A model generated the notes under the pieces. It worked only from the letters and a program-made list of their open reading frames with translations. It was not told the DNA's origin and did not search any database. Shown here piece by piece: positions 17,291-27,600 of a DNA stretch of 40,582 bases. Position numbers and translations under genes: made by a program. The stretch is taken from positions 1 to 40,582 of the forward strand of contig JANPEF010000058.1 in the NCBI GenBank assembly GCA_031431875.1. Direction: 5' to 3'. This DNA comes from Candidatus Eiseniibacteriota bacterium. GTDB lineage: Bacteria > Eisenbacteria > RBG-16-71-46 > DASYSL01. How positions within the stretch are numbered: the stretch's first letter is position 1; the number at the start of each line of letters is the position of its first letter.

Positions 17291-18289
17291 ATGCGCCGTC
17301 TGATCTTGCCTGCTCTCGTCCTGTCCGCCCTGGCCCTTGCGCACGATGCGTTCGCGCAGGCCGCGGCGATCTCCCTGAGCATTCCCCCGACCGGACGGGC
17401 CAATGGAATGGGCGAGGCCTACGTGGCCCTGGCCGACGACGTGACGGCGACCTGGTGGAACCCCGGCGGACTCGGTTTCCTGGGCAAGAAGGAAGTCTCG
17501 ATCACCTACGCCAAGCTCGTTCCCGACCTCGCGGACGACGTGTTCTACACCTACCCGACCTACGCCATGCAGGTGAAGGACTGGGGTACGTTCGGCTTCG
17601 GGCTCGTCTACCTGAGCTACGGCTCGAGCGAGGGCACCGACGAGTCGGGCAACTCCCTCGGCACGTTCAGCTCGTACGAAATCGCGCCCACCCTGTCGTA
17701 CGGCACGAAGATCGGCGACCGCCTCGGCATCGGCGCCAACATCAAGTACGTGCGCGTGCAGTTGTCGCCCGATTTCGACGGTCGCGGCGAGGGCAAGGGC
17801 TCGACGTTCGCATTCGACATCGCCGGCCTCTACAAGATCCCGGGCGACCTGGTGAACGTGGGCCTCAACCTCCAGAACCTGGGCGGCGACCTGTCGTTCA
17901 TCACCGACGATAACTCGGATCCGATCTATCGCAACCTCAAGGTCGGTGCAGCCGTGAACGCCTACCAGCAGAAGGCGTTCAAGGCGATCGTCATCGGCGA
18001 CGTCAACCAGCTGCTGGTCAAGGGCGACGTGGTCGACGGCTCGAGCAGCTATCCGAAGCCGATCTACAACTTCGGCGCCGAAGTGTCCTACACCGCCGAG
18101 GTTGCGCTCGCGCTGCGCGGCGGTTACGTGCTCGACACGGAAGGCGACATCGAGAACGCGACCTACGGCCTCGGGATCGGCTACAAGACGATCCTGTTCG
18201 ACTTCGCAAGCATCCCGCAGGCGGGCGGCGACGGGCCGGGCGAGGGCCTCGATCGCGTGACCAAGTTCTCGCTCGGCGCGCGCTTCTAG
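17291..18289 (+). CDS. porV: PorV/PorQ-family (FadL-like) outer-membrane beta-barrel
   Basis: GGAGG RBS and signal peptide ending AFA-Q; signature LSIPPTGRANGMGEAYVALADDVTATWWNPGGL; alternating beta-strands; C-terminal FSLGARF. 332 aa. Confidence 0.85.
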   Translation: MRRLILPALVLSALALAHDAFAQAAAISLSIPPTGRANGMGEAYVALADDVTATWWNPGGLGFLGKKEVSITYAKLVPDLADDVFYTYPTYAMQVKDWGTFGFGLVYLSYGSSEGTDESGNSLGTFSSYEIAPTLSYGTKIGDRLGIGANIKYVRVQLSPDFDGRGEGKGSTFAFDIAGLYKIPGDLVNVGLNLQNLGGDLSFITDDNSDPIYRNLKVGAAVNAYQQKAFKAIVIGDVNQLLVKGDVVDGSSSYPKPIYNFGAEVSYTAEVALALRGGYVLDTEGDIENATYGLGIGYKTILFDFASIPQAGGDGPGEGLDRVTKFSLGARF

Positions 18290-18292
18290 CTC

Positions 18293-21200
18293 GTGCCCCG
18301 GGGTCCGCGCGTGCGCAGGTCCGAGCTTCGCGCGGTGGCCGTCGTTGTCCTGATCGCGGCGTGCTCCGCGGTCGCCATCCCAGGTCCCCCGGGCGCGTCG
18401 GCGCGTCCGGGGGACTTGGTCTTGAGCAAGCCCGCCGGCGGGCCGGCCGTTGGTGCGTTCGCCACCCCGGGTGATCCCGACGCGGCACTCGGCCGCGCGC
18501 GGGCGATGGTCTCCGCCGCAAGGCCCACCGCCCCGGGTGCGAATGGCTCTGCCAGCGCGCTTCCACCCGCCACTCGCCGCACGATCCCGCACTACTTGAC
18601 CCGCCCCGGCTCGCGTCCCGCGCCGATCATCGCCTCGCGCGCCAAGGCCGAGCGCGGCCACGTCGACCTGACCACGCGCGCCCGCGACCTCGCCGCCGTG
18701 CGCGCGAAGTCGGGCCCGGCGGGGAACCGGCGCGACGTCACGACGAGCGAGCCCGGGCAGGACCTGGTGCGCATCGCGATCATCCGCGTCGACTTCAGTG
18801 GGGACCGCAACGGGGCCAGCTCGAGCGGTGACGGCCGGTTCGATCTCGCGCCGCGCGACACGGTCAATCGCCCGCTCGATCCGACTCCGCACAACCGGGC
18901 GTTCTGGCAGTCGCACGGCGACGCATTCGGTCGCTATTTCGACGCGCAGAGCAACGGCCGTACGATCGTCGAAAGCGTGGTCTACCCGAGCCAGGGCGAC
19001 TCGGCGTTCCACCTCTCGGACATGGCCGACTACGGCCCGTGGAAGTTCAGCCCCGAGATCTACGAAGCCGCGGTCAAGCTGTTCCACGATTGCATCAACG
19101 CCGCAGACACGACCGAGACCATTCCGTGGTCGACCTTCGATCGCGTGATGATCGTGCACGCCGGATCCGACCTGCAGAGCGACGTGTACCAGGACAGCCC
19201 GCTCGACATCCCGACCTTCACCATCGGCGTGCCCGATTCCGACGCAGTCGTGGTCGGCCCGGCGAATGCGGACACCATCTTCGGCGCGGCGATCATCCCC
19301 GAGACCATTCGCCAGGACGGTTACGAGGGCGTGGTCAACGCCGTCATTGCCCATGAGTTGGGGCACCTGATCTACGGCTACCGCGATGTCTACGACGTGG
19401 TCAGCGGCCTGCCCGTCGTCGGCTACTGGAGCCTGATGGACGTCGGCAACCTGCTGGGCAACGCCGTCACCTTCCCCAACGGCACCGCCGTGTACGCCAC
19501 GGGTCTGCTCCCGCCGTCGATCGACCCGTGGCAGAAGCGGCTCATCTATCCCGACGTCCCGCTGGCGCGCTTCCCCAACTGGGGCCAGGAGGAGACGCTG
19601 GGGAACAGCTCCGAGGCCTTCGAGGTGATGCAGGTGCCGCTCTCGGGCGAGGAGTACCTGCTGCTCGAGAATCGCCTCGACGACTTGAACGGCAACGGCG
19701 TGCTCACGCTGCAGCGGGATCCCGCCACCGGCGTGATCCTGGGCCCGGCCGCCGAGGATGCGCGCGAGTACGACTACCTCGAGCCCGGCCCCGGCATCCT
19801 CGCCTGGCAGGTGGACGAGAGCGTCGCCGACTACTTCGGCCCGCGCGCCGATCCCGGCTATGGTCTCAACGTGAACCCCGCGCGCAACGGGCTCGAGATC
19901 GTCGAGGCCGACGGGCTCGACGACCTGGGCGACTTCAACTCGCCGTTCGCGCTCGGCGTGCCGTCGGACACGTGGAAGGCGGGGCCGACGTCGCGCCTCA
20001 ACTTCGACACGGTGCCGCGCCTGCGCACGCACTCGCGCACGAACCCGCATCTCGACCTCGAGTTCACCAGCGCGCCGGGCTCGGACATGACGTTGCGCGT
20101 CTCGCGGCAGTGGGACCTGCCGGGCTGGCCGGTCCGCGTGACGCAGCCGCCCGAGGGGATCTCGCCCATCGTCGGCGTCTTCGGCGACGATCCGAGTGTC
20201 CGCATCGCGTGGACCGGCGGCGACTCGGCGGTGCACGTGCGCAATCTCGACGGCAGCATTCCAGCCGGCTGGCCCAGCGACGTCGCGCTCGCACCCGGGT
20301 ATCCGCTGGGCCCCGTCGCGCTGGTGCCGCACGCCGGCGGCGGGAACCTGCTGGCGGTCGCGCGCAGCAAGTCGGTGGGCCCCGGTGGCGTGCTCCTGAC
20401 CGTCGCGTGCAATGCCGCCGCGCGCATCGTCACGACGGTCGCGTTTCCGGCCGCGATCACCGCCGGGCCCATCGCCTCGGAGACGGCGCCCGATCGCGTC
20501 ATCTTCGGCCTCGCCGAGGGCAGCGTGTGCGAGTACCGCACCGACACGGGTGCGGTGCACGACCTGTTCCCGGTCGGACCCGGAGCCGTCACCGGCCTGG
20601 CACTCGATGGGCTGCGCGTCGCCGGCACCGGCCAGTCCGGCAAGCTCGGTCTCGGGACCTTCCTGGGAATCGAGGCGAGCGCGGGCTTCAGCTCGTTCTT
20701 CAAGGTCACCGACGTCCCGGCGCAACATGACTTCCAGCCGATCCTGGTGCGCCGGGGAACGGCCGGAGATCAGGTCGTCGTGGTCGACCGGACCGCCGGA
20801 AGCGCCCGCACGTTCGCGTTTGCCGTCGATGCATCGCCGCTCGACGTGCCGTGGCAGGGCCGCGAACTCGGCGAGGCGGTCGGTCCGCCCGCGGTCGCCG
20901 ATCTCGACCTCGACGGCGAGCCCGAGATCGCGTTCACCACTGCAAGCGGTCGCGTGGGCTACTGGAACCTCAACGGATCGACCTCGCCCGGGTGGCCGCC
21001 CGAGCTCGAGCGCGAAGGCTTCGTCAGCACCTCCGGGCCGCTGCCGTTCACCAACGCCGCGCTCTCGGCCGATCCGCTCCTGTTTGCACCGCTCGGCAAC
21101 GGCGTGGCCGTCGCACTCGATCGGACCGCCAAGAATGTGGATGGCTTTCCCCTCGGGTTCTCCGTCGGGATGCGCGGCACGCCGGTGCTGTTGAACACCG

Positions 21201-21679
21201 GGCCGACGGCCCCATGGCTCTTCGTGGCGGGCGGGGACACGCTGCTCTACGGGATGTCGCTCGGCGACCCGATGGTTGGCCTTCCCGCCAAGTCGTCGCT
21301 CGCCGGGGGGGCGACCTCCGGCTCGAGTTGGACGGCGATGGGGGGCGGCCCCACGCGCTCCTACGCCGACGGCATGATCTACGAGCCCACCGGTGGCGGC
21401 TCGTCCACCAGCGCGATCGTCGAGGGCTCCCTGGTCTGCTACCCGAACCCGGCGCGGCGGGAGCCGATCACGTTCGCCTTCCGCCTCGAGGCCGCGGGCC
21501 CCGTGACGATCTCGGTCTACGACGCGGCGGCCCGGCTCGTACAGCGGATCGATCGCGACGGAACCGTGAGCGACAACGCCATCACCTGGGACCCGGCGGG
21601 GCTGACCAGCGGGCTCTACGTGGCCCGGATCGAGGCCGGCGGCACGGTCCTCACGAAGCCCTTTGCGCTGGTCCGTTAG
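18293..21679 (+). CDS. Secreted M6 (immune inhibitor A)-like metalloprotease with FG-GAP-like region and T9SS-like CTD
   Basis: Motifs IAIIRVDF, YFDAQSNG, MIVHAG, AHELGH...YRDVYD (HExxH at 19352-19366), Met-turn YWSLMDVG, EYLLLENR and GILAWQVDE. Later DLDLDGEPEI, then the tail YPNP...VYDAAARLV...SGLYVARIE...KPFALVR. Start uncertain (GTG 18293 or 18311). Confidence 0.8.
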   Translation: MPRGPRVRRSELRAVAVVVLIAACSAVAIPGPPGASARPGDLVLSKPAGGPAVGAFATPGDPDAALGRARAMVSAARPTAPGANGSASALPPATRRTIPHYLTRPGSRPAPIIASRAKAERGHVDLTTRARDLAAVRAKSGPAGNRRDVTTSEPGQDLVRIAIIRVDFSGDRNGASSSGDGRFDLAPRDTVNRPLDPTPHNRAFWQSHGDAFGRYFDAQSNGRTIVESVVYPSQGDSAFHLSDMADYGPWKFSPEIYEAAVKLFHDCINAADTTETIPWSTFDRVMIVHAGSDLQSDVYQDSPLDIPTFTIGVPDSDAVVVGPANADTIFGAAIIPETIRQDGYEGVVNAVIAHELGHLIYGYRDVYDVVSGLPVVGYWSLMDVGNLLGNAVTFPNGTAVYATGLLPPSIDPWQKRLIYPDVPLARFPNWGQEETLGNSSEAFEVMQVPLSGEEYLLLENRLDDLNGNGVLTLQRDPATGVILGPAAEDAREYDYLEPGPGILAWQVDESVADYFGPRADPGYGLNVNPARNGLEIVEADGLDDLGDFNSPFALGVPSDTWKAGPTSRLNFDTVPRLRTHSRTNPHLDLEFTSAPGSDMTLRVSRQWDLPGWPVRVTQPPEGISPIVGVFGDDPSVRIAWTGGDSAVHVRNLDGSIPAGWPSDVALAPGYPLGPVALVPHAGGGNLLAVARSKSVGPGGVLLTVACNAAARIVTTVAFPAAITAGPIASETAPDRVIFGLAEGSVCEYRTDTGAVHDLFPVGPGAVTGLALDGLRVAGTGQSGKLGLGTFLGIEASAGFSSFFKVTDVPAQHDFQPILVRRGTAGDQVVVVDRTAGSARTFAFAVDASPLDVPWQGRELGEAVGPPAVADLDLDGEPEIAFTTASGRVGYWNLNGSTSPGWPPELEREGFVSTSGPLPFTNAALSADPLLFAPLGNGVAVALDRTAKNVDGFPLGFSVGMRGTPVLLNTGPTAPWLFVAGGDTLLYGMSLGDPMVGLPAKSSLAGGATSGSSWTAMGGGPTRSYADGMIYEPTGGGSSTSAIVEGSLVCYPNPARREPITFAFRLEAAGPVTISVYDAAARLVQRIDRDGTVSDNAITWDPAGLTSGLYVARIEAGGTVLTKPFALVR

Positions 21680-21841
21680 CCCACGATTTGCGCGGGGCAT
21701 AAAAGTTCGAACCGACCGACCGATACGGGTGTAATGTCTTTCAGGACCGGGACTTCGGTCGGCGCCCCTCGCCCCAGGACGGGTCCGATCCAACCGGTCG
21801 TGTTTGTTTGTGCCCGTGAACGACTCGCCGAGGTGATCCGC

Positions 21842-22729
21842 GTGTTCGTGGCCGTATCCTTCATTCAGCGACGCCTGGGCGTCGCACCCTTCCTGAGCCT
21901 CGTCGCCCTCGGGCTGGCGCTCGCCTGCCCGGCGGGGGCGCTCCCCGCCCCTGCGATGGGGGAGTCCGAGCCCTTGGCGGCGTTCGCCATGGATCCGCCC
22001 TGTCGGCTCGCCGTGACGGCCTCACTGGACCGGGTTGCGCTGCTGGTCACCGGCGACGACATTCCGATGCTGATTCTCGCCCAACGCGCCATCGATCGGG
22101 ACTTCGGCGGGGCGCCGGAGGATCCGACCCAGTACGCGCTCGTCGACGTGCCCGGCTGGAAGTCCGAGGGCGGTGCCGCGGCGATGTCGCTGGCCATTCC
22201 CGGAACCGGCCAGCTCTACGCGGGCTCGAAGCGCGGGTACCTGTTCCTCGGGATCGAGGCCGCGGCGCTTCTCAGCTATGCGTCGTTCAAGAGCAAGAGT
22301 GACGAGACGCGCGGCGAGTACTACACGTACGTTGGCGACCCGAACGATCCGAGCAGCCGCTTTTCGTTCGACCGTCTTGCCGGGGACGTCTCGCCCGAGG
22401 AACTGGCCCGGTTGCGCACGGTCTATGATCGGGATCCGGCCGAGTTCTACGACGCGGTCACCAAGCAGGACGACTTCGCGTCCGGCTGGGCCGCTCCGGA
22501 GCAGCGCCGCGCGGCGGTGACGTTCTCGGACGAGTTTGACAGCCAGAACAACAAGCAGAATCTCAGCTTCTACACGCTCATCGCCAATCACCTGGTGGCC
22601 TCCTTCGACGCGCTTCATCTCGCCCGCTTCACCAATTACACGCTGCGCGAGAACATGACGCTGAAGCTCAAGCTGCGCCCCGGCCTGTCGCACGGGTCGT
22701 ACGCCTTCTCCCTGACCCAGAAATTCTGA
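21842..22729 (+). CDS. Exported hypothetical protein, DUF5683-like (paralogue 1)
   Basis: GAGGTGAT RBS at 21830-21837 supports GTG 21842 (or 21848). Signal peptide; KSEGGAAAMSLAIPGTGQLYAG; ANHLVASFDA; C-terminal YAFSLTQKF. Confidence 0.65.
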   Translation: MFVAVSFIQRRLGVAPFLSLVALGLALACPAGALPAPAMGESEPLAAFAMDPPCRLAVTASLDRVALLVTGDDIPMLILAQRAIDRDFGGAPEDPTQYALVDVPGWKSEGGAAAMSLAIPGTGQLYAGSKRGYLFLGIEAAALLSYASFKSKSDETRGEYYTYVGDPNDPSSRFSFDRLAGDVSPEELARLRTVYDRDPAEFYDAVTKQDDFASGWAAPEQRRAAVTFSDEFDSQNNKQNLSFYTLIANHLVASFDALHLARFTNYTLRENMTLKLKLRPGLSHGSYAFSLTQKF

Positions 22730-22734
22730 ACTCC

Positions 22735-23643
22735 ATGCGCGGATCGCCGGGAACTCGCAGGACTGCATTGTGCGCCGTCGCCGCGTTCGCCGCGTTCGCC
22801 GCAGTCGTTCTCTCGACAGCGTCCGCCGCGGCCACGGAGGATCTGTCGCCGGTGGCTGCGAGCGCGTTTGCGCGCCCATCGCTGACCCTCGACGAACGGA
22901 GCCTGGTCGCCGCGCTCGCCACCGATCCGCTGCTGGCGCAGGCCGCATCCGCCGTTGCCGCCGATCCCGACTTGCCGAGCGCGCCTGCGAGTCGCGGGCC
23001 GAGCCCGGCGCTGGCGGCACTCAAGTCGCTGATCCTGCCGGGCTGGGGACAGCTTTCGACCGGCCACAAGACCCAGGCCGGAATCTTCCTCGGCCTCGAG
23101 GCGGCGTCGTGGGCGAGCTGGATCACGTTCAAACGCCAGGGCAGCCTGCGCGAGGACTCCTACATCTCGACGGCGAAGATCTACGCCGGCATCGACCTCA
23201 CCGGCCAGGACGAGCGCATCCGGCGCTACGTCGGGCAGTACCAGTCGGAAGAGGTCTACAACCAGTATGTCGTGCGCCGGGAGGCTGCGTTCTTCATCGA
23301 GGATCCGGACGAGCAGGCGCAGTACATCGCCGAGAACTCGCTGGGTGGCGCGCAGACCTGGAGCTGGGACTTGTACGACGACTTCCTCCGCTACCGCGAC
23401 CAGCGCCAGTCGAGCGAAGCCGCGTACCACAACGCCGAGTTCGTCGTCGGCTTTGCGCTGGCCAACCGGCTGGTCAGCGCGGTGATGGCCGCCCGGCAGG
23501 CGTCGTCGTTGCGCAAGGCGCCGGCCGAAGAGCCGGTCGGCGGCGCCGTCCCCGGCCGCCCCGACGGCAGCTTCGCCTGGGGCGTGCAACCCTCCCTCAA
23601 TGGGCCGCTCGAAGGCCGGGTCGGCTGGACCGTCTCGTTCTGA
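22735..23643 (+). CDS. Exported hypothetical protein, DUF5683-like (paralogue 2)
   Basis: Signal peptide; SPALAALKSLILPGWGQLSTG; FLGLEAA; ANRLVSAVMA; C-terminal GRVGWTVSF. Confidence 0.7.
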   Translation: MRGSPGTRRTALCAVAAFAAFAAVVLSTASAAATEDLSPVAASAFARPSLTLDERSLVAALATDPLLAQAASAVAADPDLPSAPASRGPSPALAALKSLILPGWGQLSTGHKTQAGIFLGLEAASWASWITFKRQGSLREDSYISTAKIYAGIDLTGQDERIRRYVGQYQSEEVYNQYVVRREAAFFIEDPDEQAQYIAENSLGGAQTWSWDLYDDFLRYRDQRQSSEAAYHNAEFVVGFALANRLVSAVMAARQASSLRKAPAEEPVGGAVPGRPDGSFAWGVQPSLNGPLEGRVGWTVSF

Positions 23644-24602
23644 TCCCCGCGGTCGCCATCGCCCTGCTCGTCGCCGCGTCCCCACCGGACAGCGGTGCCG
23701 TCGCGACGTATTCCGTCCGCGCGCTGCCCGAGACGCTGATCGTCGAGAGCAGGTTCGGCCGCTTCGGGGTCGGCCCCGGCGAACTCACCGCGCCGCAGGG
23801 CGTCGCGGTCGACCCCAGGGGGCGCATCCTCGTCGCCGACACCGGCAACCACCGTGTCGTGCGCTTCGACTCCACCGGCGCGGCGATCGACCAGTTCGGT
23901 GGCTTCGGTTCCGAAGACGGGCGCTTCGATCGCCCGACCGACGTCGCGACGGCGGGCACGCTCGGCATCTGGGTGCTCGATCGCGGGAACGAGCGCATCG
24001 AGAAGTTCGACTTCGAGGGACGCGTACTCGGCACCGTCGTCGACCTGCGCACGCCCCTGGTGCGCGAGCGCCTGGGCACGGTCGAGCCGGGCGGGTTCGC
24101 GGTCGATCGCAGCGGCCAGATCACGCTCAGCGACCTGGCCGAGGATCGCCTCATCGAGTTCGATCCGCTGGGGGCGATTCTGCGCGTGCGCGGGTTCTTC
24201 GGCGAGCGGCCCGGCAGCTTCTCCGATCCGAGCGGTGTCGCGGTCGATCCGCGCGGCGGCGCGCTGGTCGGCGACGCCGGCAACCGACGCGTGCAGCAGC
24301 TCGATCCCTTCAGCAGCGTGGTGCGCACCTTCACGCCGGGCCCCGGTTTCGGCGGGCGCGGCGGCTACGCGGTCGCGCTCGCCGCGGACAGCGTGTGGGC
24401 TGTTTCCGATCGCGCGAGCGGGCGGCTTGCCGTGTTCGCCGCGTCGGGGACACCGCTGGCGCTGCACGTGCCGCGCGACAAGCACGACCTGTGGGCGTCG
24501 GGCCTCGCCTTCGATGCGTCGGGACGACTGCTCGTCACCGACGCCAGGCACCACCGCGTCGTGCGCCTCCTCCGTCACGCGCGGAGCGCCGGGGCTCCGT
24601 GA
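23640..24602 (+). CDS. NHL-repeat six-bladed beta-propeller protein (probable CTG start)
   Basis: Six NHL-like units, e.g. LTAPQGVAVDPRGRILVADTGNHRV, FDRPTDVA...VLDRGNERI and FSDPSGVAVD...GDAGNRRV. No in-frame ATG/GTG/TTG lies near the expected start; CTG 23640 overlaps the upstream TGA. Confidence 0.8.
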   Translation: MIPAVAIALLVAASPPDSGAVATYSVRALPETLIVESRFGRFGVGPGELTAPQGVAVDPRGRILVADTGNHRVVRFDSTGAAIDQFGGFGSEDGRFDRPTDVATAGTLGIWVLDRGNERIEKFDFEGRVLGTVVDLRTPLVRERLGTVEPGGFAVDRSGQITLSDLAEDRLIEFDPLGAILRVRGFFGERPGSFSDPSGVAVDPRGGALVGDAGNRRVQQLDPFSSVVRTFTPGPGFGGRGGYAVALAADSVWAVSDRASGRLAVFAASGTPLALHVPRDKHDLWASGLAFDASGRLLVTDARHHRVVRLLRHARSAGAP

Positions 24603-27600
24603 CCGCCCGCCGGTCCGCGCCGCTCGTCGTCGCGCTCGCGGCCGTCGCTGCGTTGGCGGCCCCGACGGTCGGCGCGGCCGCGTTCGTCCCGCCGCCGCCG
24701 GGCCGCCACGAGGCCCGGATCGCCATCGCGCCGCCGCAGACCGTGTATCCGCTCGGGCGGCGCTTCCTCATCGCGGGAAGCGACACGGCCTGGGTGGGCG
24801 ACCGGCTGCTCGTGCGCGGCGCCGACTACTTTCTCGACGCTATCTCCGGCGAGTTCCGGCTCAATGCCGCGCTCGCGCCCGGGGACACTGTGCGGCTGGC
24901 GTATCGCGCGCTGCTCCTTCCGCCGCCCACGTCGTACCTGGGTCTCGCGGCACGCCCGCTTGCGCCCCCGGCACCGAGCCTCGGCGGGGCGCCGCCGGGC
25001 GACGCGGCGGCGCGCGACTCGATACGCCTGCCCGCGCCCCGCCCGGGTGCGGGGAGCGCGACGTTCGCCGCCGGGGCAGGCGGGCCGGCGCTCGATCTCG
25101 CGGGCACGAAGTCGGTGGCGCTCGACTTCGGCAGCTCGCGCGACGTGGCCCTCCGCCAGTCGCTCGACCTGAACGTGCACGGGCGCCTGTCGCCGACGGT
25201 CGAGCTCCTCGGCGTGCTGTCCGATCGCAACACGCCGCTCACCACCGAAGGCGGCACGCGGGAACTGGCCGAACTCGATCGCATCCTGCTCGAGATCAAG
25301 GGGCCGCAGGCGGGGGGCGTACTCGGCGACTGGACGCTGCGCCAGGAGCGGGGCGAGTTCGCGCGCGTCTCGCGCGAGTTGACCGGCGTCGAGGCGCGCG
25401 GCGGCGGCGACGATCTGGGCGCGCGCGCGGCGCTGGCCAGCGTCAAGGGCCGCTTCGTCAGCCGCCAGTTCCAGGGCAGCGAGGGCCTGCAGGGCCCGTA
25501 TCTGCTACCCGACGACGACGGCCGGGCGATCCCCATCGTCGTCGGCAGCGAGGAGGTGTGGCTCGACGGCGAGAAGATGGCGCGGGGTGAGGCCGCCGAT
25601 TACTCCATGGACTACGAGCGTGGCACGATCACCTTCAGCGCGCGGCGCCTGGTCTCGGCGGCGTCGCGGATCGCGGTCGACTACCAGGTGTCGCTCACCG
25701 CGTACCGCCGCACGCTGTCGGCGTTCGGTGGGCAGGCGCGGCGCGGCGGGCTGGCGCTGTATGGCCAGTTCCTGCGCGAGGGCGATGCAGCGACGCGGCC
25801 GCTCACGTTCACGCTCGACGAGTCGGATCGCTTCGCGCTCGAGACCGCACCCGATTCGGCGACGTTCGCGCTGGGCTCGGGCGTGAGCCCCGGCCCGGGC
25901 GACTATGACGGCGTCGCCGACACCGCAGGCGTGACGCGCTTCGCCTTTGCGGGCGTCGGCGAGGGCGACTTCCAGGTCGTGTTCACCGCGATCGGAGCGG
26001 GCCTCGGTGACTACGCCGAGTCCACGCTGGTCGCCGGGCGGACCGCGTTCCGCTACGTCGGAGCGGCTGTCGGCACGCACATCATCGGGCGGCGCCTGCC
26101 CCTGCCGACCTCCCTGGCGGTCCTCGACGGTGGCCTGTCGTTCGCGCCGGTACCGTGGGCGCGGCTCGAGGGCGAGCTCGCCCACTCGACGTCGCGCGCC
26201 AACACGCTGGCGCAGACCGGGACCACGCGCGAGGGCCTGGCCGGCTCGGCGCGCGCCACGGCGCGCGGCCCGGCGCGGCTGTTCGGCCGCGACGTCGGCA
26301 CGCTGGGCGCGACCTTCAACCTGCGGAGCTTCGATCCCGAGTTCCAGTCACCCGGTCGGCTCGACCCCGCGTTCTCCGAGGAGGACTGGGGCGCGCCCGC
26401 CGGCCAGCCGCTGACGGCGCAGGATCGCGTCGCGGGGGCGGTCACCTGGGCGCCGCGGCCGCAGCTCGAGCTTGGCGCAGAGCTGGCGCACCTCGACGCC
26501 GACACCGATTTTGCGGCGCGGCGCAGGCGGGCGACCGTGCGCGTGACCGGGCGCCTGCGACTCGACGGCCGGGTCGAGCGGGTCGACAATTCCCGTGACG
26601 ACGCGGCACCCGGCACGAATGCCGGAGGCTTCCGCAACAAGGCGGTCGTGGCCACGACGTGGGGGGGCTGGCGAGGCTTCGTGCCGCAGGCGTCGGTCGA
26701 CTTCGACGATCGCGTCTCGCCGGGTTTCAGCGACTCGGCGGCGGTCCGCTACCGCGCATGGAATGTGGGCGCGAGCGCGCCGGCGCTGGGCCCGTTCGAC
26801 CTCACGGCTGGTTTTGGCCTGCGTCACGACGCGACCCGCGCCGGCGGCGCGTGGTTGCCCTCGACGCGCGCAGTGACCGGTCGCCTCGCCACGACGGCGC
26901 GCCTGGGCGGCGACGTCACCGCGGCGGTCGGCGTGGAACGACGCCTGCGCACGCCCGAGGCCGAGGGCGCCCCGGCCGAGCAGCGCACGGACCTCGGCTA
27001 CGCGCGCCTGCGCCAGCCGTTCGGCCCGCGGCTGGGGGACCACGAGGTGTCGTTCGAGTGGACCGGCGAGGCGATCGAGGAGCGCCTGCGCGAGGTGCGC
27101 TTCGTCGGAACTGGCGCCGGCGCGTATGACTCGCTGGGCAATTTCGTCGGCCGTGGCGACTACATCGTCGTGCTCGTGGCGACGGGGAACTTCGCGCGCA
27201 TCGTGCGCACCAACGGCTCGTATCGCCTCGAGCTCAAGCCCGGTGGCGGGCTCGACCCGGGGACGCCGAGCGGGCGCCTGCTCGGCGACACGCGGCTCTC
27301 GCTGCTCGTCCAGGCGAGCGAGGGGCGGCGGGGCGGGTTCACGGGGGCGGACCTGCTCTACACGCCCAAGCGCATCCTGTCGCGCGACGACGTCGTGTTC
27401 GGTACCTACGTGATCCGCCCGGAGATCGGCTTCGGCGGCCGCACGCGCTGGACTCAATTGCTCTTCCGCCTCGAGCGACGCAGCTCGGCCGATCGCCAGT
27501 TCGAGGGCGCGGCAACCACGCGCGACGAGTGGAGCGAGGAGGCCCGCTGGCGCACGCGCCCCGATCCACGCTGGCTCACCGAGGTCGTATTGCGCGGCAC

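Noticed and set aside
18287..18295. Possible amber read-through fusing porV to the in-frame M6-like gene (TAG CTC GTG)
   Set aside because: PorV ends in a proper terminal-Phe beta-signal and the next gene has its own signal peptide. TAG behaves as a normal stop elsewhere in the window.
21695..21737. Possible sigma54 or sigma70 promoter before paralogue 1
   Set aside because: GGCATAAAAGTTCG lacks the -12 GC, and the TAATGT box has no well-spaced -35.
12521..21793. 3090-aa minus-strand ORF
   Set aside because: It is an antisense shadow. porU, porV and the M6-like gene lie in the same + frame, and strong GC3 bias removes stops from the mirrored frame. The translation has no recognisable motifs.
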